Origin: a virus
DNA: 37,643 bases
Direction: 5' to 3' (one strand)
Virus record (IMG/VR): IMGVR_UViG_3300012683_000007
Location: 1 to 37,643 of that record
Shown here: piece after piece, positions 15,611-21,786 of the stretch
Numbering within the stretch: the stretch's first letter is position 1
Layout of the letters: each line of letters begins with the position of its first letter
Position numbers and translations under genes: made by a program
Notes under the pieces: model-generated
Told to the model about the DNA's origin: nothing
Database searches by the model: none
The model's input: only the letters and a program-made list of their open reading frames with translations

Positions 15611-15817
15611 TTATTCTCCTTTATTGTTGATTTTTTTGTATTGATTTATTAGCATAGTAGTAACTATTGCATCTAAACTTTTATACTTTTCTGTAAGAAG
15701 CTCGATAATCACCGTTTCCAATGTGATAGGCCCAGCGCCAGTCATCTTATTGAGGTCCTCAATTTTATGAATAAAAGTTATTATTTCGTCCGTTAGGTGC
15801 AGCGTTATTGTTTGCAT
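15611..15817 (-). CDS. Hypothetical 68-aa protein
   Basis: Track ORF with AAAGGAGAATAA leader. Its stop lies 2 nt from the next start. Confidence 0.7.
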   Translation of the reverse strand: MQTITLHLTDEIITFIHKIEDLNKMTGAGPITLETVIIELLTEKYKSLDAIVTTMLINQYKKINNKGE

Positions 15818-15829
15818 AGTTATTCTCCT

Positions 15830-15997
15830 TTAATTGTTAATGTATATTGCTATCTGTATTCCCAGCTGCACACCCAATTCAAGCATGATTGCGGCGCAGC
15901 CAAGCATCCTATAGCATAGTTTTGCAAGGATTTGGCCCATAAGCTTTTTATCTTCGATTATCATTTCTGCATATGATGCGTTTTCTAATGTTTTCAT
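15830..15997 (-). CDS. 55-aa hypothetical protein (MKTLENASYAEMIIEDKKLMGQILAKLCYRMLGCAAIMLELGVQLGIQIAIYINN), below the track cutoff
   Basis: Read by hand. It shares the leader motif (AACAAATAAAGG) and fills an otherwise empty gap in the operon. Confidence 0.5.
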   Translation of the reverse strand: MKTLENASYAEMIIEDKKLMGQILAKLCYRMLGCAAIMLELGVQLGIQIAIYINN

Positions 15998-16041
15998 TGT
16001 TTTAGCCTTTATTTGTTATCACACTGGACGTTGTTTAAAAG

Positions 16042-16263
16042 TTATGCTGGCAAAGCTTCTGGATGCGGTATGTTACTTGTTATAGCTCTATCAAAGCAGT
16101 TCCAAGCAACGCGATGTATCTTTTCCAAGCTCCATGCGCCAACAGCAGTTATTTTCATTACACGTGCCTTGTAGTTGTTGTATATCTCAACCTCATATAC
16201 GGTCTTGAACTTACCTTTCTCATAAGCGTATGTAGTATCTTTAATAGTTATAACAGTTCCCAT
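16042..16263 (-). CDS. Hypothetical 73-aa protein, first gene of the minus-strand operon
   Basis: Track ORF with AAATAAAGGA leader, lying downstream of the candidate promoter at 16306-16334. Confidence 0.7.
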   Translation of the reverse strand: MGTVITIKDTTYAYEKGKFKTVYEVEIYNNYKARVMKITAVGAWSLEKIHRVAWNCFDRAITSNIPHPEALPA

Positions 16264-16305
16264 TTTTCTAATCCTTTATTTAGTTGCTTCCCTTCCTTGC
16301 CATTA

Positions 16306-16334
16306 GTTATATCACTCAAGATAATTAGTGTCAA
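16306..16334 (-). promoter_or_regulatory. Candidate sigma-70 promoter for the minus-strand accessory operon (TTGACA-17 nt-TATAAC)
   Basis: Read on the reverse complement: -35 at 16329-16334 and -10 at 16306-16311. Confidence 0.55.
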
Positions 16335-16463
16335 GCATATAATTGTATCGTTCAAGATATTTGTTATTAACTTTATGTTACAAGCTCGCTAATTCTCTGG
16401 TAAGCTGTTAGATATGTTGCATGCCAATATATTATCTATTTAAATATAAATTCTACAATAATT

Positions 16464-16634
16464 ATGTATTCGATTTACTTATTCTTGTTGATTATGTTTT
16501 TATTATCCGTATTGTTATCTTTATGTATTGTTGAAATACTAATGAATATACCAGAGATATGTAATATGATTAACTTTCTTGCGATAATGATGTTAATAGT
16601 TGCGATAATAGCGATATGCACTGCATTAGAGTAG
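16464..16634 (+). CDS. Possible 56-aa two-span hydrophobic peptide (MYSIYLFLLIMFLLSVLLSLCIVEILMNIPEICNMINFLAIMMLIVAIIAICTALE)
   Basis: Read by hand in the AT-rich divergent control region. There is no SD, and it overlaps the antiparallel track ORF 16475..16666. T-rich DNA gives hydrophobic ORFs by chance, so this call is weak. Confidence 0.25.
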   Translation: MYSIYLFLLIMFLLSVLLSLCIVEILMNIPEICNMINFLAIMMLIVAIIAICTALE

Positions 16635-16698
16635 GACTGCAGCCAATAAGGATGTAAGAATGCCACAGCCCTGTTAAGATAGTACCACAGTTTTTATG

Positions 16699-16727
16699 TT
16701 GAATCTGCAGTTAATAAATAGTAGAAT
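16699..16727 (+). promoter_or_regulatory. Candidate sigma-70 promoter (TTGAAT-17 nt-TAGAAT) for the 16785 operon
   Basis: -35 at 16699-16704 and -10 at 16722-16727. Confidence 0.6.
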
Positions 16728-16730
16728 GCG

Positions 16731-16767
16731 ACTGAGCTCAGGCGTATCATGATAGGCACTGAGCTCA
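16731..16767. promoter_or_regulatory. Two copies of ACTGAGCTCA (each containing the 8-bp palindrome TGAGCTCA), 27 nt apart and just downstream of the -10; candidate operators
   Basis: Exact 10-mers at 16731-16740 and 16758-16767. Confidence 0.5.
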
Positions 16768-16784
16768 CTAAATAGGGATAAGAC

Positions 16785-17003
16785 ATGAAACTTGGTAACC
16801 TCATTGAGAAAGCACAGCATATACAAGAGGAGTATGGGGCTATTACGGTGCTTGTCGAGGGTATGGAACCTAACAGTTATTATCTTATCAATGACCTTGT
16901 TAAAGACCCTAGTAAGCCATATGCAGTACTATTAACCCAGTTAACCAAAGAACAGCGTGAGCAGATAGCAGCGCAACAGAAAGCAAAGTGGGAGAAAAGG
17001 TGA
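16785..17003 (+). CDS. Hypothetical 72-aa protein
   Basis: Track ORF with AGGGA SD. Confidence 0.65.
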   Translation: MKLGNLIEKAQHIQEEYGAITVLVEGMEPNSYYLINDLVKDPSKPYAVLLTQLTKEQREQIAAQQKAKWEKR

Positions 17004-17332
17004 GTAAGAGTAAGAAAAAGCCTGTACCTGACACGCATAGGCATCCCTACAGTAGCCCAGCGTTTGATTATAAGGGCCCGTGGAACACTGAGGAAGAGCG
17101 CGACGCTGCAGTTGAGCAGGCTAAAGAAATACTCACACTCACTATAGCAGAGTCTCAGGCCTACATTAATAATAGCATGAGGACAGCAGAGGTGTTGGCC
17201 AGGTTAGAGGTGATAGCCAGTAAGATTGAGGCACGTGCAGAACCACAAACAAAGGTTTATAGTATACTGATTGTCTATACACTTGTTGTGATGCTTATAG
17301 GCGCTATTATCGGGTATTGGGTAGTATTATGA
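17000..17332 (+). CDS. Tail-anchored membrane protein (C-terminal span VYSILIVYTLVVMLIGAIIGYWVVL); GTG 17000 preferred over the track's 16988
   Basis: GGAGAAAAG SD and a GTGA overlap with the upstream stop. Paralogous in layout to 17546..17791. Confidence 0.65.
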   Translation: MSKSKKKPVPDTHRHPYSSPAFDYKGPWNTEEERDAAVEQAKEILTLTIAESQAYINNSMRTAEVLARLEVIASKIEARAEPQTKVYSILIVYTLVVMLIGAIIGYWVVL

Positions 17333-17403
17333 TAGCGCTAGGGATACTGGTTGGATGTGTAATAAGTATAGTATGTGAACGTCATGACTGGTGGGGATAC
17401 TAA
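17329..17403 (+). CDS. 24-aa hydrophobic micro-ORF (MIALGILVGCVISIVCERHDWWGY)
   Basis: Read by hand. ATGA overlap upstream and TAATG overlap downstream. Confidence 0.35.
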   Translation: MIALGILVGCVISIVCERHDWWGY

Positions 17404-17549
17404 TGACTAAGAAAAATACGGATTGTGAATATACATACGAGTTTGAAAAATTATCTTCACAGACAGTGCAGGAGATTAAGGAGCGGATAGAAAAGCTTAA
17501 AATACACTTGGCGGCATTGGAAGAAAAATATCGTGAGGACAACAAATGA
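17403..17549 (+). CDS. 48-aa helical hypothetical protein
   Basis: Read by hand, with overlap coupling at both ends. Confidence 0.45.
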   Translation: MTKKNTDCEYTYEFEKLSSQTVQEIKERIEKLKIHLAALEEKYREDNK

Positions 17550-17791
17550 CTAAGAAAAAGCCTGAGCGCACACCTGATGAGTTGCGCATGGCAGTGTTGG
17601 ATAAATACTGGGCTAGTGTAGCTAACGAAGGCTATAGGCTGCAGAGGATAGGCAATCAGTTACAAGACGTTGTAGAGGCGTTAGAAAGCCGTTATTCACA
17701 TCAGGCGAGGTTTGATAGGTTTCTGCGCTGGGGGCTATTTATATTCACATGTGGCATGATGATATCAGCGTTAGGGCTACGGTACTTGTAA
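17546..17791 (+). CDS. Tail-anchored membrane protein (81 aa; C-terminal span FLRWGLFIFTCGMMISALGLRYL)
   Basis: Track ORF. Its N-terminus MTKKKPERTPDE parallels SKSKKKPVPDTH of 17000..17332. Confidence 0.65.
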   Translation: MTKKKPERTPDELRMAVLDKYWASVANEGYRLQRIGNQLQDVVEALESRYSHQARFDRFLRWGLFIFTCGMMISALGLRYL

Positions 17792-18172
17792 CTTTCCGTT
17801 AGCAAAATCCTTAAGAAAGGTTAGCGCTCCCTGGCTTGTCCAATGCACCGCATACGTGATCCCCATTGCCTCACATTGCTCTTTAAACCATACTTGATTT
17901 GGGCTAAGCTTGCCCTTGGCGTTGCGTTTAAATTCTATGAATGCGACTTTATTCGTTCCTTCGCTAAGAACGCAATAGTCTGCAACGCCGCTCACTAGTC
18001 CCATAGCTTTCAGTGACATTGTATAGCCTTTGCTAGTGTACTGTTCGTTAGCTATGTGAAACAGTATGAGCTTGCGCGGGAAGTAGTTATAGGCCTGCAA
18101 CTGCTGGTACTCCTTGTAGAATGCCATGCAAATCTGCTTTTCGGTCGGCTCTTTAATCTTTGGTTTTATCAT
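17777..18172 (-). CDS. VRR-NUC domain nuclease (131 aa from ATG 18172; the track start at 18223 is less likely)
   Basis: GLVSGVADYCVL...VAFIEFKRNAKGKLSPNQVWFKEQCEAMGITYAV fits the VRR-NUC D...ExK...Q..W pattern. Confidence 0.8.
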   Translation of the reverse strand: MIKPKIKEPTEKQICMAFYKEYQQLQAYNYFPRKLILFHIANEQYTSKGYTMSLKAMGLVSGVADYCVLSEGTNKVAFIEFKRNAKGKLSPNQVWFKEQCEAMGITYAVHWTSQGALTFLKDFANGKLQVP

Positions 18173-18277
18173 TGCAATATAATTGTAACATGGTATACTA
18201 AGTACATCACGTGATTCCCTCACGTGGTAAGTTTTTTTATAGGCGGCCCTAGTTAAGTGGAGTCGCCTATTCTTATA

Positions 18278-18306
18278 TTGACAAATCGCATCATAGCCCT
18301 TAAAAA
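18278..18306 (+). promoter_or_regulatory. Candidate promoter (TTGACA-17 nt-TAAAAA)
   Basis: Consensus -35 and a weak -10, 40 nt upstream of ATG 18346. Confidence 0.4.
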
Positions 18307-18345
18307 GAAGATATCTGAACTAGAACCCAATAATGTGGAGTAAAT

Positions 18346-18609
18346 ATGACAATAGACTACAGTAAAATCCAAGGAGACCTGGATATAATGGAAAAGGATT
18401 TAAGAGAGCACTTGTTTACTGCGGTAAATTCTTTGGTAGATAAGACAATCTCTGGTGATATAAGGATACCAATAGGAGAATATGTCTTTGTGGTACATAA
18501 ATGCACTATAGCAGAGAACCCAACTATGATTGCGTTAATTACGGTTATAGGCCAAAACAATGCCGTATTGCGTGTGTATGAGTTTCATATGCGCTCCACT
18601 GCAGATTAG
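18346..18609 (+). CDS. Hypothetical 87-aa protein
   Basis: Track ORF with GGAG SD. Confidence 0.65.
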   Translation: MTIDYSKIQGDLDIMEKDLREHLFTAVNSLVDKTISGDIRIPIGEYVFVVHKCTIAENPTMIALITVIGQNNAVLRVYEFHMRSTAD

Positions 18610-18611
18610 TT

Positions 18612-18713
18612 ATGCGCATTCGTCTCCGACTACTTGAAATACTTGGTACAACATTCAATGTAGTTGTGCTATTAGCAGGTGCATCGGCTATTCTCTGGCT
18701 CCTTTTCTCATAA
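18612..18713 (+). CDS. 33-aa single-span peptide (MRIRLRLLEILGTTFNVVVLLAGASAILWLLFS)
   Basis: Read by hand. The ATG lies 2 nt after the preceding stop. Confidence 0.35.
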   Translation: MRIRLRLLEILGTTFNVVVLLAGASAILWLLFS

Positions 18714-18777
18714 TTTACCCCTAGATTTCATATAATCACAGTGCTATGTTAAGATAAAGTTAACATGACGGTGAAGC

Positions 18778-19014
18778 ATGCTAGTTGAAGTCAAATCCCT
18801 AGATAAATTAGAACGTAACCTAGACCGCATTATAAAGAACACAGATGCGTTGTGGGAGTTAGCACACATCATTAATGCGACTACTGCCCAAAAGGACCGT
18901 AAGCGTGCCTTATTGTATTGTATGCAGCAGATAAAGGGCCATCAATTCGAACTCACAATGATTAAAGAGGCAATAGAAAAGTTATTGCAGGGGGATGCAT
19001 ATGAGGCGAACTGA
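18778..19014 (+). CDS. Hypothetical 78-aa helical protein
   Basis: Track ORF that overlaps the small terminase start. Confidence 0.55.
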   Translation: MLVEVKSLDKLERNLDRIIKNTDALWELAHIINATTAQKDRKRALLYCMQQIKGHQFELTMIKEAIEKLLQGDAYEAN

Positions 19015-19444
19015 GATTGAGAATCTTGATATGAAGCGCATATTTCCCGAGGTGTTAAAGAACCATATGGGTATTGTGACCTATGCTTGTAATGAGCTTA
19101 AAGTGCAGAGATCGACATATTATTGGTGGTATAACCATGATCCAGAGTTTGCTAAAGAATGTGATGAAGTAATAGAGCACATGGCAGATGTAGTAGAGAG
19201 TGCGCTTTACAATAAAATTATGGCTGGAGACACTGCTTGCATCATCTTTTACTGCAAGACAAAGCTTAAGCATAGAGGTTATGTAGAACGCACAGAGCAA
19301 CTCCATGGGACTGCTGAGTCCTTAAATACAATAAAGTTAACCGAACGTGATAATGAGATATTGGAGCGTGCCTTAGAACGTAGAATGAAAAGGATTAAGT
19401 ATGCAGATACAACAAATATCGAAGAATCTGGAAACGTTCATTAA
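18995..19444 (+). CDS. terS: Putative small terminase subunit (149 aa, N-terminal HTH)
   Basis: It lies immediately upstream of terL. GIVTYACNELKVQRSTYYWWYNHDPEFAKECDEV resembles the HTH of small terminases. Confidence 0.6.
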   Translation: MHMRRTEIENLDMKRIFPEVLKNHMGIVTYACNELKVQRSTYYWWYNHDPEFAKECDEVIEHMADVVESALYNKIMAGDTACIIFYCKTKLKHRGYVERTEQLHGTAESLNTIKLTERDNEILERALERRMKRIKYADTTNIEESGNVH

Positions 19445-19574
19445 AGGTGAGATAACAGAATTATTTCATCAAATGGTTTATGGCGAGTATGCAGAGCAGC
19501 GCCGAAAAGCTGCAATTAAGTTTATGATAGCCTTTGAAAGGGCGGTGCTAGAGAATGTAGTCGATGATAAATAA
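19401..19574 (+). CDS. 57-aa hypothetical protein overlapping the terS end and the terL start
   Basis: Read by hand. AAGGA SD upstream. The 44-nt overlap with terS lowers confidence. Confidence 0.35.
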   Translation: MQIQQISKNLETFIKGEITELFHQMVYGEYAEQRRKAAIKFMIAFERAVLENVVDDK

Positions 19575-21033
19575 ATTAGATGAAACGCAAGCGGCATTAC
19601 GTACAGACTTAGCATCATTTACTGAGAAAGTGTTTTCGCATGTTGATCCTGGTGCTACGTATTTACCTAACTGGCATATCGACCTTATCGCCGAGTATTT
19701 GAAAGCGTGCCAGGAAGGCCAGATCCAACGCCTTATCATCAATATCCCTCCACGGCATCTTAAGTCTATCTCAGTTGCTGTTGCCTTTCCTGCGTGGCTG
19801 CTAGGCAAGAATCCTAGTGAGCAGATAATGTGTGCATCCTATAGCCAGGATTTATCTTTTAAACATTCCATGGATTGCCGTCTTGTGGTACAAAGTGATT
19901 GGTATAAATGGTTATTCCCAGGCACAACTTTGGTGGATGACCAGAATACCCAGCGGAAGTTCGTAACATCGCAACGGGGGTTTCGTATTGCTACTTCCGT
20001 TGGGGGTACCGCAACTGGAGAGGGCGGTAACTTCCTAATAGTTGATGACCCTATATCATCAGCGCAAGCAGATTCAACAGTAATGCGTGAGAATGCCAAT
20101 ATCTGGTTTGATAGAACTTATTCAAGCCGTCTTAATGATAAGAAAAAAGGTTGTATTATCGTTATTATGCAGAGGTTCCATGAAGAGGACCTAACTGGGC
20201 ACTTACTGCAGAAAGGGGGATGGGAACATCTCTGCCTGCCTTTAATAGCTGAAGAAGAATCTATTATTGAGCGCGGAGGAGTGCTCCAAGAGCGTAAAAT
20301 AGGAGATATTCTGCATCCTGAGCGTATAGGATTAGAGGATATAAAGCAGCTTAAAGTTGAGATAGGTGCGTATGGTTTTGCAGGGCAGTACCAGCAAAGA
20401 CCATCTCCAGAGGGTGGTGGTAAGTTTCGTAGGGAGTGGCTGCAGTATTATGACAACATTTATCATGCTGACCTAGTAACATATATGTTGGTTGATCCTG
20501 CCTATACTAAGACGGAGAATAGCGATTATACGGCAATCTGGATTATAGGTGCCGGCCAGGATGGAAATCTTTACGTAGTAGATATAGTGCGGGATAAGCT
20601 TAATGTGCGTGAAAAAGAAGACCTAATATTTGAGTTACATAAGAAGTATACACCTCAGGTGCATTATGAAGCTGGCGGTACACAAAGAGATGCAGATTGG
20701 TTGCGAGAGGCTATGGAAGACAGGAACTATCGCTTCCAGATTATTGAGACTAAGTGCCCACGTAGTTTAAGTAAGACGGATCGTATCTCTAGGCTTGTTA
20801 GGTATTTTGCAGAAGGGAAGATATATTTACCAAGGCAATTATTTAAGACAGATTGGCAGGGGAGATTAGTAGATGTAGTAGAGCAGTTTGTACAAGAGGA
20901 GTACTTGGCGTTTAATGCTGGCAAACACGATGATTTGCTAGATGCGTTATCCCGTATATGCGATATTACAATACAGTATCCAGGCAAGAGTAATATCGAC
21001 TATTACAAGATATATGGGATGAGGCGAGGATAA
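19564..21033 (+). CDS. terL: Large terminase subunit (489 aa)
   Basis: ATPase motifs are present: IPPRHLKS (P-loop-like), FLIVDDP (Walker B) and IVIMQRFHEED. The C-terminal RNase H-like nuclease region reads YMLVDPAYTKTENSDYTAIWIIG...KHDDLLDAL. Confidence 0.9.
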   Translation: MINKLDETQAALRTDLASFTEKVFSHVDPGATYLPNWHIDLIAEYLKACQEGQIQRLIINIPPRHLKSISVAVAFPAWLLGKNPSEQIMCASYSQDLSFKHSMDCRLVVQSDWYKWLFPGTTLVDDQNTQRKFVTSQRGFRIATSVGGTATGEGGNFLIVDDPISSAQADSTVMRENANIWFDRTYSSRLNDKKKGCIIVIMQRFHEEDLTGHLLQKGGWEHLCLPLIAEEESIIERGGVLQERKIGDILHPERIGLEDIKQLKVEIGAYGFAGQYQQRPSPEGGGKFRREWLQYYDNIYHADLVTYMLVDPAYTKTENSDYTAIWIIGAGQDGNLYVVDIVRDKLNVREKEDLIFELHKKYTPQVHYEAGGTQRDADWLREAMEDRNYRFQIIETKCPRSLSKTDRISRLVRYFAEGKIYLPRQLFKTDWQGRLVDVVEQFVQEEYLAFNAGKHDDLLDALSRICDITIQYPGKSNIDYYKIYGMRRG

Positions 21034-21038
21034 TGGTG

Positions 21039-21314
21039 TTATTTCGCTTGGTATATATCGCTTCTATGACCCACTTTTACCACAGTAATAGTGATAGTTT
21101 CTTGTGACACATCATATATAACGCGATAGTTTCCGACTCTATAACGCCAAAGGCCAATATATCTGCCATAGAGTGGCTCTCCAAGCCCTAATGGGTCTAA
21201 TACTAAGTATTTCTCTACCTTTTGAACTATCCTACTCTTTGTTTTTTTATCGAGTTTATGTAAGTCCTTGTTGAGTTTGTTATCCCATGTAATCTTATAC
21301 ATTATTCTCTTCAT
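21039..21314 (-). CDS. RelE/ParE-family type II toxin (alternative start 21302 gives MYKITW...)
   Basis: LHKLDKKTKSRIVQKVEKYL..DP...GEPL.G...GLWRYRVGNYRVIYDV....ITITVVKVGHRSDIY is a clear RelE/ParE signature. Confidence 0.9.
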   Translation of the reverse strand: MKRIMYKITWDNKLNKDLHKLDKKTKSRIVQKVEKYLVLDPLGLGEPLYGRYIGLWRYRVGNYRVIYDVSQETITITVVKVGHRSDIYQAK

Positions 21315-21519
21315 CCTCGAAACTAGCCAATAATTCTTCTGTAGTTAAAAGAATTTGATTTGGATCGCGTAATCTTTTTAATGCTTCCTCGCCATCTTCC
21401 CAATCTTCTATGTAGTGCATTATAGCTTCACGCGCATAGAAAGTCTTAGTTCTATTTGTATTGGCAGCTAAGGCATTTAGTCTATCTTCAAGTTGTTTTG
21501 GCAATCTAATTGTAATCAT
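21295..21519 (-). CDS. Ribbon-helix-helix antitoxin (74 aa from ATG 21519; the track's 21600 start is too long)
   Basis: MITIRLPKQLEDRLNALAANTNRTKTFYAREAIMHYIED is a CopG/ParD/RelB-type RHH. AAGAGG SD upstream. The gene overlaps the toxin start. Confidence 0.85.
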   Translation of the reverse strand: MITIRLPKQLEDRLNALAANTNRTKTFYAREAIMHYIEDWEDGEEALKRLRDPNQILLTTEELLASFEDEENNV

Positions 21520-21533
21520 GTTAACCTCTTTTT

Positions 21534-21567
21534 TTGTATTGTAATACAAAGCATGCATGTATGTCAA
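21534..21567 (-). promoter_or_regulatory. Toxin-antitoxin promoter (TTGACA-18 nt-TACAAT) with an operator-like palindrome TTGTATT-GT-AATACAA over the -10
   Basis: Read on the reverse complement: -35 at 21562-21567, -10 at 21538-21543, palindrome at 21534-21549. Confidence 0.6.
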
Positions 21568-21590
21568 GCTAAAGAATGTGATGAGGAAAT

Positions 21591-21623
21591 AAAAGGGCAC
21601 ACATATGTCAGGTATGCCCTTTT
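21591..21623. terminator. 9-bp stem hairpin (AAAAGGGCA ... TGCCCTTTT, 15-nt loop) that insulates the toxin-antitoxin cassette from the portal side
   Basis: Perfect inverted repeat. The A/T runs on both flanks would allow bidirectional action. Confidence 0.4.
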
Positions 21624-21786
21624 ACACTAGCTGGCCTGTTTCGTAGTGCCATACGAGAGGTTGTATAATGAAAACACAACTTTCTTATTTTATCGTAATA
21701 TCACTAATAGTCTAGTGCTTAGTCATTGTGTAGATGATAGAAATATATTAAAGTAGTAGTTAGGCAAACGTATAATTACTACTTAA

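Noticed and set aside
18208-18226. The palindrome CACGTGA-ttccc-TCACGTG followed by a T7 run, as an intrinsic terminator
   Set aside because: The stem is only 7 bp, and the T run begins 5 nt after it. The element lies in the 5' leader or promoter region of the minus-strand VRR-NUC gene, so an operator or 5'-UTR structure is as likely. There is insufficient support either way.
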